Both the position numbers and the translations under genes were made by a program. A model generated the notes under the pieces. The model searched no databases. It saw only the letters and a list, made by a program, of their open reading frames with translations, and was not told the origin of the DNA. This document shows, in pieces, positions 31,074 to 43,265 of a stretch of 43,468 nt of DNA (the first letter of the stretch is position 1; each line of letters begins with the position of its first letter). Source of the DNA: Neovahlkampfia damariscottae (lineage: Eukaryota). The DNA is taken from assembly GCA_016618085.1 (NCBI GenBank), contig JABLTG010000159.1, forward strand, positions 1-43,468, written 5' to 3'.

Positions 31074-33996
31074 ATGCAATTCATAAAGTCGGTATTCAAT
31101 TGGACACTAAGCCAGACACGTTTTGTTTATTACCTCTTAATTTTATATTTTTTTATTCATAGCACATGGGTTTGTTTTCGAGTTTTTTGGGATAGAAGAA
31201 TTTTCGCGTCAGAATTTGCAAATGTGCAATGTTCTAGAGTTCAAAAACCTACAAATTTTCAACCATTTCCAAATTTAAAAGATGCACCAAAAAAACCAAA
31301 TTATTGCACTCAACCTGAAAATCAAACCTTTTCAAAATTTCTTTGGTTTGTTTCAGATGGACTTCCAGTAAAATATTCAAGAAAAACACTTGAACATTAC
31401 AAAAGTAATAGTGTTTTATTTTCAGTTGATGTACCAGGACCAAAATATTCACATGCAATTTACACAAGGTAAGAGAGAAAGAAATAGTTAAATTTTTTAA
31501 AGTTGGTTGACGGGTCAAATTCCAACAAATTATAGAGGTGAATCAATTAAAGGAGATCATTTATTATGGTCTTTAAAAAGAAGTTCAAAAGTTACACCTT
31601 TTAGATATATTGGACCTGAATGGTCATTTTTAGCAATTAACGGAAGACCAAATTATGGAAAAATATTTCAAAATGTAAAAGTAAATGAAGAACCTGTTAC
31701 AATGCCACATAATAGAGATTATCAATTTTATTTTGAAACTCAAAAAGATAGAGAGTAAAGTTCAAAAAAAAACAATTAACATTACAAGTTATTTTAAAAA
31801 TTTATTGACTGAATTAAAACAAAAAAAACAGAGTTTAATATCACATTCTGCTATTTTTGATCATATGAATCATGGTATTTTCCTCAGTAGTAATCCACAT
31901 GATACAAGATATTTAGATACATTAGCTGATAGAATTGCACATGATATGAACTCCATAAAAGAATGGATTGATAAAAATCCAGAATATCTTTTAATTATTT
32001 CATCAGGTAAATTAATGTTAATTCAATTCAAAATTTAGATCATGGTGTTGATGATATTTCACATGGTTATGTATTACATGGATATTCAACACATGGAAAT
32101 GAAGGATACATGATGTTATATAATCCAAAATTAAATAGACAAGATGAAAAGAAAATACATGTTGTTGATGTTGCATCAACTATTTCAAGTTATTTTAAAG
32201 ATACTGATATTCCTGTTGATAGTGTTGGTGTTTCACATACTTTCTTTGGAAATTCAAAAAAAGATAAAAAATATTATTCAAATGTTTTGAAGAGAAATAT
32301 TGCACAATTAGCATCAACATGTTCAAGACGTGGTTTAATTCATGTTGATCAAACTCGTGTAAAAAATCTTTTAAATTGGGAAATTACAGATGATAATGTT
32401 GATGAAATGAATAAACAAATGTTTGAATTTGCTAAAGAAATGAAAGAAGAGATTATGGGATTTTCAGTTGATTTAGTTAAACCAATTGTTTGGGCTGGTG
32501 TTTATGCTGGTCAATCATTATTTATTTTTTTATTAATTTTATTTTTATTTACAAGACATATTTTTAATTATATTTTGAAGTGTAAATTATACTTTTTTAT
32601 GTCAACTATTTTATTATTTATACCACTTTATTTTACATCAATTGTTAATTCTCAATTTGTTGTTGATACATTTGGAGGTGTTTGGAATAAAGGAGGTCCT
32701 ATTTTAATCACTCAAATGTTAATTGTATTTTTGACAATATTTTTAGCATCAAAAACATTACTTACTCTTGATAATTCATCAAAATTTTCAAATGCTTTAA
32801 ATTCATTATATTGGAGTGGTTTTATTGATGTTTTTCTTTTCTTTCTTTATTTTACTTTGAACAGAGAAACAAAAGCATTTTTTGAACATAAATCATTGGT
32901 CAATACATTTGGTCAATATATTTTATTATTTTATTTGTTAATGTCAATGTCTGGAATTTCATTGAAATCTTTAATTCAAAAAATACTTCAAAAAATTACT
33001 GGAAAAGAATCTACCAATGAAAATTTAGGTGATTTTAAAGGATTTTTGATGTCAATTTATTTATATACAATATTTTTATTATTCGAAATTACAAGAAAAG
33101 TTGATAAAATGTATGATATTCTATTACAAATGCATATCATTTATATTTTATTTTTCGTCAGTTGCATTGGTTACATTCTTTATTTAATAATTTTTAATTC
33201 AAAAAGAATTGATTATATCTTAATACCATTCATCATTTTTGCATTTGGTTTAATGTCAGAAACTTATCATAGAAGATGGTTATTGATCATTTTCAATTTT
33301 CAATTCAATAATCTTCTAGTACCTGCTTGTCATCAATTATGGAAAGTTTGTTATGAAAAATCAAAAATTGTAAAAGAAAAAGCAACTTTATTATATGATG
33401 ATCAATATTACTCTTTATTACAACAAGCATTAGTTTTACTCTTAATGAGTCAACCTTCATTTCAATTTATCTTTGGACAAGAAGATAAATTTTCAATTGA
33501 TGCACATCCAACTGCTGGTGGTACAGGTATGAGATCACATCAAACACATCCTGGTTTCAATGCATTCCAAATGGCTTTCGAAAAATGGTATTTAGTATTT
33601 GGTTTCGGTTTTTATGTTTGGAAAGCAGTTTTTAATCCAAATTCAAAAAATCAAAATTCTCAACAAGTTCATCCAAAGAAAGATTTAGAAGCAAATATGT
33701 TGTATATGCCTCCTCCATTTGATTATTCAAATATTGATTATGTCACTGATATCATTGTGTTAGTAATGGCTTTTGTGTTAACAAATTCTAAAATTTGGAT
33801 TGAAATGGTTTTAGTTTATATTACATTTGATCATGCATTTCAAGAAGCTGTTATTGTCACAATTGTTCAAGGTGTATTAGCAACTGTTTTTGTTTCTGCT
33901 TATGTAGCTTCAAGATTTGATTTGTTCAAAATTTTGAAATGGATTTTAAGTTTTTGTGGAAATAATAAGATTCAACAAACCAAATTGAAAGAATAA
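31074..33996 (+). CDS. Alkaline-phosphatase-superfamily membrane enzyme, GPI ethanolamine-phosphate transferase-like (PIG-N/O/G-like)
   Basis: N-terminal TM, FVSDGL, PKYSHAIYTS|WLTG, FDHMNH, LIISS|DHG, then many TM helices. Three short introns. Confidence 0.65.
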
Positions 33997-34073
33997 AGTA
34001 TTTTTGAGGATTTTTAAATTCAATCATTTCGGCTATCCCACCAATCATTAAAGAAGAATTTTTCAAACAAAAA

Positions 34074-34833
34074 ATGGATGGACATTACAACAATTTATCA
34101 AGCATTTACGAAGAATCATGGAGTCATATTTATAAAGATGAGAATTTAATACCGGAAATAGTGAAAAAACTCTCAATCAATGAAGATGATATAATAGCAG
34201 GTTTGCAAATATTTTTTATCTCAAAAGTGAATAGATTTCGCTGGTGGAACAGGTAAAACTTCAGAAATGATAATAAATCAAACAAAATCCCCTATTTATT
34301 GCATTGATATCTCCAGAGAAATGATTAAAATTGCAGCAACCAAAAAAAATATCGTTGCAATTCCAATTGATTCAGAATTGGATTTTTTCAATTTGAATAT
34401 CAAACAAGTCAATAAGATATTCATTAAATTTGCTATCCACCATTTTGAACACAGAAACGTTTTTTTTTCAAAGTTATTTCAGTATTTCAAAGATGGATCA
34501 AAAGGATTGATCATTACAAGACCAAAACATCCATCTTATCCATTTTTCAAAGAAGCAGCCAATAAATGGTACAAAGATCAAATTAAAATTGAAGATTATA
34601 CTCAAAGTCTTTTAGATTCCGGATTTAGAAATGTGAATGAAGAAGTCATTTCTTACCCCACTACTTTAAAAACATCATTGTGGTTTGATATTTTACGTTG
34701 TAGATTCTCTTCAAATTTGAATGATTTTTCAGATTCAGAGATAGAACAGGGCATCAAAGAACTTGAAAAAACAATGACCAATGATAATTTTGAATTGATT
34801 GAAAAAGTAGTATTCATCACTTTTGAAAAATAA
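34074..34833 (+). CDS. Class I SAM-dependent methyltransferase
   Basis: Intron 34201-34234 restores motif I IIA|DFAGGTG; IYCIDISREM; KFAIHHF. Confidence 0.85.
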
Positions 34834-34920
34834 ATGATAGATCTATTTAATGAGAAATTTATCATTCAATACCCAAATTATCGGTTTAAATTTTGATTGG
34901 CCTATCAAAATCCAATCAAA

Positions 34921-35778
34921 ATGCTCAAACTCTTTGTTATCACTTTGACAGTAATACTCTACTTTGTTATCAGCACTCCTGTAGATTGTAGTTCCACTGC
35001 TCAATTGTTATCTGCAGATCCTTGTAAAGATGGAAGAGTTTGTGAATATAAATGCCCTCAATGTGATAAAACTATATATTTCGATGTTGAGCCATTAATC
35101 AACCATGGTCATCAAAATATTTGGGAAAAAATTTGTGTAAATGCTGCATACAACTCAAAAGGTGGATCTTCAAAAGCTGGAGGGACAATCTCCACTAAAT
35201 CAAGAAAAGGAGGTCAAATTTCATACACAAGTGTTTCCGATCCTTCAAACAAATTCTTTTTAGATATTTTGAAAGTTGCTTTAAATAAATTAAGTATTCG
35301 CTACTATACTGAAAATTATGCTGACCTATTAGCAAGTTTAATCCGTTCTCAACAAAAAACTGCAAAATACCTCGGTTTATATGTATCAAGTTTAAAAGGA
35401 TTTGCAAAATTATGTTCTAAAAAGAAAGATTTTGAAAAGAAATTTTATCAACAAATCTCTGAACACTCCAAAAAATTTGAAGAATCAATGAAAACTATGA
35501 TCGAATCAGAATCCAATTGGAAAAAAGATCAATTAAAATACATCATAAATGATTTAAATAAGAAATATTATGAACATTATTTTGGTGCTAGTTCATCCGG
35601 AAATTCACGTTATTGTAGTTGTTCAAGTCTTATTGGAGTTTCAACAAAAGTAAGAGGGAAGACAGGAGCTATTAGAATAACAAGACCATTATCTCAATAT
35701 CAATCAAATTTAAATTCAAGATGTCAACAAGTTTGTTCAAGAGGATATGATGTTCTTGAAATTGAATATTTAGAATAA
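34921..35778 (+). CDS. Secreted protein with Cys-rich ends and a helical middle, unknown function
   Basis: Signal peptide MLKLFVITLTVILYFVIS; intronless 285-aa ORF. Confidence 0.7.
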   Translation: MLKLFVITLTVILYFVISTPVDCSSTAQLLSADPCKDGRVCEYKCPQCDKTIYFDVEPLINHGHQNIWEKICVNAAYNSKGGSSKAGGTISTKSRKGGQISYTSVSDPSNKFFLDILKVALNKLSIRYYTENYADLLASLIRSQQKTAKYLGLYVSSLKGFAKLCSKKKDFEKKFYQQISEHSKKFEESMKTMIESESNWKKDQLKYIINDLNKKYYEHYFGASSSGNSRYCSCSSLIGVSTKVRGKTGAIRITRPLSQYQSNLNSRCQQVCSRGYDVLEIEYLE

Positions 35779-35782
35779 TCTT

Positions 35783-36928
35783 TTATTTCATTTGTTTTAA
35801 TAAATCTTCAATTGATTTCTTTACAAATTCAATTCTATTAGCTTTTCCGAATATTCTAACATCATTATATTTACCATCAATAATATCATTTGAAAACAAT
35901 CCAATGGAGCATTGACTCTTTTCTCTCAAATTTTTTAAGAAATGTTTCTTTAAAACATAATCCACTTGTGAATGTAAAATTCTATAATTTTCATGTTTTT
36001 CTGGAATAAATTCAGTAAAATCTTCAACATTTTTTGTTTCACCCATAAAAAAAAACATAGTTTTTGGTTCTCTAATCCCAGTAGAAAAAAAATAAGAATC
36101 AAATTTCTCTTGATATTCGAAAATATTTTTATATTTCGATCCAATGATAACTTTAATTAAATCAACAGAGGGTGACCTAAAACATCTCAAAACATATTTT
36201 GATTCTTTTGAATAAATTTCATCAATAAATGTAATTTTATCATCTTTGATTTTTAAATCATGATGTGTGAATGATCTTGACCATATTGTTGAATATTCAA
36301 TTATTTTTTGAAAGAAACCAATATCTTCATATTCAAAATCATCTATTCTCCATTTTAAATTTTTAAATAAAGGTATCAAATACAATACATCTTTACATGA
36401 ACTTTCAAGTAATATTTTATCCAATGGTCTTTTTTCCCAGGTTGAAGAATCTTGTAATTCAATATGTGGTAATTTTTTCTTTTCTGAATAATCAATATCA
36501 CAATATTCTTTTAATAATTCAACCAATGAAATGAAATTTGGTAAATTTTTTTTTTCTTTTTTATGAATCTCTGAGTATGCTAATTGTGTATCAAAAATTT
36601 GATTCAATTTAATATCAAATTGATAAAAAAGAGCTTCTGAATCTCTTTTTACATCATGAATTATTTTTAGATATTTTTCATTTTCTAAAATTGGTTTTAA
36701 AATTTTAATTATTTCTTCTTTTCCTTTTATAATATCAAAAATGAATATTCTAATTTTATTTTTAAAAATCACTCCGATTTGTAAAATACATAATTTTCCT
36801 TCTTTTGATAAATTAACACCTTCACAATCAAAATATATTTCTTTGATTTCTTCATCACTGAAAATTTCTTTTCCATTATTTTTTTCAAAGTCTTCTTTTG
36901 ATTCTATCAAAAAATGTTCCTCTTCCAT
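35783..36928 (-). CDS. EXD1/Egalitarian-like 3'-5' exonuclease with C-terminal KH-like domains
   Basis: FDCEGVNL, LCILQI, KIIHDVKRDSEAL, IFDTQLAY, WEKRPL...DVLYL; KH-like IKVIIGSKYKNI. Confidence 0.8.
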   Translation of the reverse strand: MEEEHFLIESKEDFEKNNGKEIFSDEEIKEIYFDCEGVNLSKEGKLCILQIGVIFKNKIRIFIFDIIKGKEEIIKILKPILENEKYLKIIHDVKRDSEALFYQFDIKLNQIFDTQLAYSEIHKKEKKNLPNFISLVELLKEYCDIDYSEKKKLPHIELQDSSTWEKRPLDKILLESSCKDVLYLIPLFKNLKWRIDDFEYEDIGFFQKIIEYSTIWSRSFTHHDLKIKDDKITFIDEIYSKESKYVLRCFRSPSVDLIKVIIGSKYKNIFEYQEKFDSYFFSTGIREPKTMFFFMGETKNVEDFTEFIPEKHENYRILHSQVDYVLKKHFLKNLREKSQCSIGLFSNDIIDGKYNDVRIFGKANRIEFVKKSIEDLLKQMK

Positions 36929-36988
36929 TGAACAGTAAAACACAAACACAAAAAAATGATTCAATCTGATTGGATAAACCAATTTATT

Positions 36989-39900
36989 TTATTTTTCTTC
37001 AATAACTTTTTTGAATGAATTCAAAGAATTAATAGTTTCTTGTCCCAATAATACAGAAGCAATTAATTTTTCAGAAAAATTTGTCAAAGAAGAATTTGAA
37101 AGTTGCAAATTAACTGAATATGTAACTTTTGTAGCAGTATCATTTTCAATTGGTTCAAAAATCCAAGAACCAACACTATTTTTAATAAATCCAGATAAAC
37201 AAGACCACATAATCATAAAATCATCAGTTGTATGTCTCAAAGTATATCCAATTTTTACAACACCAACTTTAAAAACATATTCAACATCATAAACACCAGT
37301 ATCATTATTTTGTTTAACTATCTTTGCAGATGATAAATGTTTAATATATTTTGGATAATTTTCAAAATCTTTGATTATATCCATACATACTTTGTATGGT
37401 TTTTTGATAATAATTGTATGTGAGAAATTCTTTTTATCAAGTCTTGGTGATTTCTTTTTTTCTGCTAAAATTGGTTGTCCTGTGAAATTTCTAAATTCAT
37501 TGGATGATCGAATTTCTAAATTTGAATTACAAATTTTCAAATAATTTTCAACATCTTTTTTGAAATCATTTGAATCTTTTAATGGTAATAATAATGAAAT
37601 TGAAGAATCTAATTCTTTTAAAATATCATGAAATATAATCAACTCAGAATATTTCTTTATTTTTTTTGGTTCATTTGAATTCTAAAAAAAAAAGTGTTTT
37701 AAAAATAATATAAAAATCTACCTTAAATTGAATTGAAAATGAATAATCTTTTCCTTCATCAATAGATTGAAAATCAGAAACAATAATTTCTTCAGTAAAT
37801 TTCTTTTTTAAAATATCAGGTAATTCAGTATCAGAATCAGTTTCAGATGCAAATATCTTAAGAATAGGTTTATCAACTGAAGAAGATAGATTTGGTGAAA
37901 ATGAATTATTTGAATTTTGTAATTTAGGTGATGAATTATCATCAGGTATTTTTTGTATTTTTCTTTTTGCTCTTTTAAAAATAGATTCAACTTTTGATCT
38001 ATCTGATCCTTTTGTTGCTTCAAATGATTTTCCATCATTATTAAAAAAAACTAAAGTTTGATCATCAACTGATAAAGTATCATAATCTTCTTCTTCTTGA
38101 TCAATAGATTGTGATGTTGTTAATGAATCATCTGTATTTAAAAAATCTAAAATTTCATCAAATTTTGAAATCCAATTTTGTTTTTCTTCTTTTGTTTTTG
38201 TTGAAAAAATAAATCTTTGATTATTCTCTAAAACAACAGTAAATGTTTTATCATTCTCTGAATTAGGTATTAATTCACCATGATATAAATTATATAATGT
38301 TATTGAATTCTTTACATTAGTTGGTTCTGTAATCACCATTATATCAGTTAATAAATAAACAGTTGCAATTGATTCTTTTATTCTAACATCATAGATATTC
38401 TTTGACATTAAATTTCTAATAGTTGGATGTTCATCTAATTTTAATCCTTTCATATTTCTAAAATTTAATTTTGAAATATCTTTCAAGTTATGTCCTTTTA
38501 AATCAGATAAAATTGATTCGACTTCAAGATTTGGAATTAATTTAATCTTTCCTGAATGAATTAAATTTCTACCTGGTTTTCTTAATGTCTTTGTTTTAAA
38601 TATAATTTACATTTTTCTTACCATTCCTGATAATTTTTCAAGTTCTGTTAATTGAGTTTCGAAATTAATTCTTTCAAATTCTGTTTTTTGTTGTGATAGT
38701 AAATCAGACATCAATATTACACAATTATTCAATGAAAAGAAATCATTGTCACCTTGTGGTGTAACATTCAATAAATTCTATTTAAAAATAAAAATCAAAA
38801 AATTTCACCCTTACAACAAAGAAATTGAAATATTTTTGTAATCTATTCAATGGTAATGATAAAAAGTTTTGTAAACTTTTTCCACCACAAGCTGGAATTT
38901 TTTTTCGTTGGTTCAAATATTTCAAAAACTCCGGATTTTTTTTTTCCAAATCTGAGAGAGCTTGAATTGAGTTTTGATAAAAATGAATATAAGTTACAAA
39001 ATGATTTTCAAAGAATTTCTTTCTCATTATAAAAATATCAGAAATCAAAGTTTCGTTATGTTCAACGTAATGTTCTAAAATTGAAATTCGTTCGATTAAA
39101 GTAATTAATAAACCACGACTAAATTCAATTATATTTTCATATTCTTTTGGTAAAATTAAATTTATATCTTCAATTGAAATTAAATCATTCTCAGTATTAA
39201 TTAAATTTCTAATTGGTTTAAAATAAATATCATTAAATAAATTTAAATTTTCAACATATTTTCTTTCATTAATTAAAAATTCTAATAAATGACTTGATTT
39301 CTTTTTATTCACTTCAAATTTTACATTTTTATAAATTGAAGTTGAATCAAAAGTAAAATCTGAAGAAGTCGTTTTATAAAAACCAGATGCTATTTTTTTC
39401 TTTTTTATTTCTTCTGGTAATGATTCTAAAAATTGATGATTTTTATATAAAAAGAAATTCTTTTCTAAATCAATATATTTAAATTTCTTAAATTGTTTAA
39501 ATTCTTCTGGAATATCAATTAAATTATTATTGGATAAATCTAATTCAGTTAATGTTTTTTTTAATTTTAAAATTTCAGATGGTATATAAGTTAATTTATT
39601 ATATTTTAAATTTAAACTTTGTAATGAATTTAAATCTAAAATTGAATCTGGAAAGAATTCAAATTTATTATTGGATAAATTTAATTCTTTTAATTTTTGT
39701 AATTGAGAAAATGAATTTGGTAATTCAAATAAAAAATTATGAGATAAATCTAAATGTGTTAAATATTCAAAATTGGATGAAAACCAATTTGGTATGGTTA
39801 CAATAAAATTATAAGATAAATCTAATTGTGTAACTCTATCATTTATATCTAATATTTCAATTGGAAATTCAACCAATCCATTTGATTTAAATGAAAATCT

Positions 39901-40839
39901 TGTTTCTTTTGCTCCTTCTTTTGTTATTTTTTCTAAAATATTTTCATTAATTTTTATAGATTTTTCAGAAATAATAAATTTTATAATTTGTTTTAATCCA
40001 TAAAAACTTTTTAAATTTGAAATTGAAAATATATCAGACATTGATATTTTTTCTAAATTTGATTTAACATTTGATTCCATATTCATTTCATTTTCTAATG
40101 ATATTTTCTTTCTTTTTAATTGTAAATTTTCTTCAATTTTTTTTGGAACTGATAAATTTCTTTTGACAATATCATTTTTTAAATCATTAAATTCTTCATC
40201 TTCGTTTTGATCTTCTTCATCTTCAATTTCTTCCTTTGCTGATTGATATTCTTCGTCGGAACCTGAACCATTTGAAAGTATATCAACTTTTCTTGTTTGT
40301 GTTGAAATATTTCTTGTTATTGGTTTAATCATGGAAGACCAAATATCACCTTTTAATAGAACTGGTAATTCCATTTGTTCTTGAAAATATTTTGATTCTA
40401 CTTTTCTTATTCTTTGTGTTGTTCGATATTGCATGGTGACAAAATCAATTTCACGAACTTGTGTTTGAACATCAATAAATCTCTTTTTATCATCTTTTAA
40501 TTCTTCTTCAGGTTTTTCTTTTTCTTCTTCTTCTTCTTCTTTTATTGGATTTGTGAATAATTGAAGAGGTAATTGAGTATTTTCTTGTTCTTCTTCAACT
40601 TGGTTTTCTTGTTCTTCTTCTTTTATTTCTTCTTCTTTTTTAATTTCTTTTTCATTTAAAATGTTTTTTGTTCTTTTTTTGTAGGTGTTTAACAGTTCAT
40701 TTGGTAAATTTATAAATTCATTTTTTATTTCGTTTGTGTAGTCAAAGAAACTTTTGATTATATTTGGATTCAATAAATTAATTATATACAAAAATAAAAA
40801 TAAAAATACAACTTCAACTAAACCAACAAAAACAGACAT
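36989..40839 (-). CDS. TM-LRR-RhoGEF(DH)-PH-PX-SRPBCC/START multidomain protein
   Basis: Three short introns join three ORFs in frame. LRR LxxLDLSxN repeats; DH EFLINERKYVENL...LSLPLNRLQKY; PH; PX-like KKYSEL..H..L; cyclase-type DFENYPKYI...GSWIFEP. Confidence 0.75.
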
Positions 40840-40888
40840 GAGGTTGAAATGAAATGATTGGTCAAATAAACCAACAATTGAAACTGGA

Positions 40889-41331
40889 ATGAATCAACAG
40901 AACAAAGCCATTTATTTTTCACTTGTAGCTGGTTTATTTGGTTCTTTTTCATCTATTTTTGGTAAATTATCAACTGACACAACTCAAACTTTTTTAAAAA
41001 ATTGTATTTTATTTTTTTCTTCATCAGAGTTTGTAATTTTTTTAATTTTTTCACACTTTATTATTAGGTACTAATAGTTGCCAGAATTTTATGTTTTATT
41101 ATAAATATTTTATGCACAGGAATTATGTGGACATATTTTGTAGAGTCATTACAAAATTTATCAGCTTTAACCGCAACAGTATTGAATACTTGTTCAAATT
41201 TTATATCAACTGGTATTTTTGGATATTTAATTTTTGGAGAAACTCTGACGTTAAAATGGTTTTTTGGAATTTCTGTTATTTTGATGGGAATATCTTTAAT
41301 TGTCAGTGGTGAAAAGAACAAAGATGAATAA
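40889..41331 (+). CDS. TMEM42-like small DMT/EamA-superfamily membrane protein
   Basis: AGLFGSFSSIFGKL..MWTYFVESL..ATVLNT.SNF..GYLIFGE. Intron 41033-41067. Confidence 0.75.
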
Positions 41332-41458
41332 AATGTAAAAAAATATATAAAAAAAATGAATTTATTTCTTTTTGTTTTTTTTTTTATTAAACCAATCATT
41401 TTAATTTTTCATTTCATTGGTCCGTAAGTTGAGACAAAAATAAACTTGAGAAAAAAGA

Positions 41459-42183
41459 ATGTCATTCAATCCATACAGAGACAACGGTGGGTAAGATAAA
41501 AAAAAATAAAATAATTAAAAATCAATCAGTACAACATTAGCTATTCCAGGAGAAGATTTTGTTATTGCAGCTGGAGATACAAGAATGAGTTTAGGTTATT
41601 CCATTCAAACAAGAACTTCTTCAAAATTAACTCAATTGTAAACTAATTATTTCATTTTTAATATTCAAAAAAAATCAGAACTGATAAATGTGTTATAGTT
41701 TCAGCAGGAATGCAATCTGATACAAAAGCGTTACATAAACTTTTAAAAACTCGTTTAGCATGGTATGAACATGATCATGGAAAGCAAATGAGTACACCTG
41801 CTATTGCTCAAATGTTATCAAATATACTTTATGGAAAAAGATTCTTTCCTTTTTATACTTTTAATCTTGTAGCTGGATTAAATGAAGAAGGAGAAGGTAA
41901 AGTGTATGGTTATGATGCTATTGGATCATATGAAAGTATTCCAGCAGGAGCAGCAGGTTCAGGTCAAAGTTTAGTTCAACCTTTACTTGATAACCAAGTC
42001 GCTTTTAAAAATCAAAAAATTATACCAAAAGAAAAACTTGGTTTAGAAGACACAGTAAATATTGTTAAAGATACTTTTAGTAGTGCTGGTGAAAGAGATA
42101 TTTATACAGGTGATCAAGTTGAAATTGCTGTAATTACAAAAAAAGGTGTTGAAATTCAATTATTTGATTTGAAAAAAGATTAA
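41459..42183 (+). CDS. PSMB1: 20S proteasome subunit beta-6 (PSMB1/Pre7)
   Basis: [48 protein letters not shown]. Two short introns. Confidence 0.95.
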
Positions 42184-42251
42184 ATTTTGTTTTTTTTTAA
42201 AATTTATTTTATTTTTTTTTATCCAATCAAATAGATTTTTAAAAACAAAGA

Positions 42252-42645
42252 ATGACTTTCCTTCCAAGAGAACCATTGGGTTATTTTCAAAAAAGAAAAT
42301 TAGAAAAACAATTTCGTGAACAAGTACCAGAATTCAGTCAACTTGGTAAAAAAAAATACAACTCTGAAAATCTTACAAACTTTTTTTCTCTTTTAACTGC
42401 TGGTGGATTTGGTATTTCAGTTCATTCAAAGTAAAAAAAAATATAAATTATAATTTTTAATAATTAGATCATTTCAACCACTTGCTGGTGTATTTGCTGG
42501 TGTAGTTGGTTTCGCAGGTGCAAAATTATTTTTTCAAACTTTTTCTCCAACTATTTTTGGACTAAATAAAACAAAAAATGATGAATTTGAAACTGCTTTT
42601 AATACATGGGTTTATTATAAAAATGAATTGGAAAAAAAACAATAA
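42252..42645 (+). CDS. Small 2-TM protein, unknown (possibly mitochondrial)
   Basis: Intron 42431-42467 extends the ORF to ...VHSK|SFQPLAGVFAGVVGFAGAKLFF...FNTWVYYKNELEKKQ*. Confidence 0.7.
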
Positions 42646-42671
42646 ATTTTAATAACAAACTTTATTTTTTT

Positions 42672-43238
42672 TTAAATTCCTAATTCTAAAATTGAATTTG
42701 CTATTTGACTTCTATCAGGCAATTTATATTCATCTAAAGAACTTTTAAATTTTAATTTTTTTTTTTTGATTCTCTGTACGGTAACTCTTTCTCAAATAAT
42801 TTTTCAATTTCATTTGTGTTTGTTTTTATTACATAGTTCAAATTTGAAAGAGCAGATACCAATTCTAATTGATGATTTCCCATTAAAGATTCATTTAAAA
42901 CAGCCACTACTTTTTTTTTCAAATGCAAACCTTCAAACAAACAACCTTTTAAATTTTTCTAGTTTTTTTTAATTTTTACCTGCACCACCATGAGATATAA
43001 TCAAATCTGCTTCTTTCATATATAAATCAAGTGAACTATCAAAATCAAATACTTTTAATTCAAAATTAGGAAATATATTGTTATATTCTTTTATATTCAG
43101 TTGAAACGTTCCTTTTCCTTTTTGTATTGTCATTGATGTATATCCTTGTTTTTGTACATTATTTATAAAATTAAAATTTGAAATGATTTTTATCAATTCA
43201 TCAAACTCTGTGGTGCCCACAGTTACAAAAATTTTCAT
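42672..43238 (-). CDS. ALG13: UDP-GlcNAc transferase subunit ALG13
   Basis: IFVTVGTTEFD, ADLIISHGGAG, NESLMGNHQLEL. Two short introns. Confidence 0.92.
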
Positions 43239-43265
43239 AGTGATTGGTTAACGGCCAATGAATTG

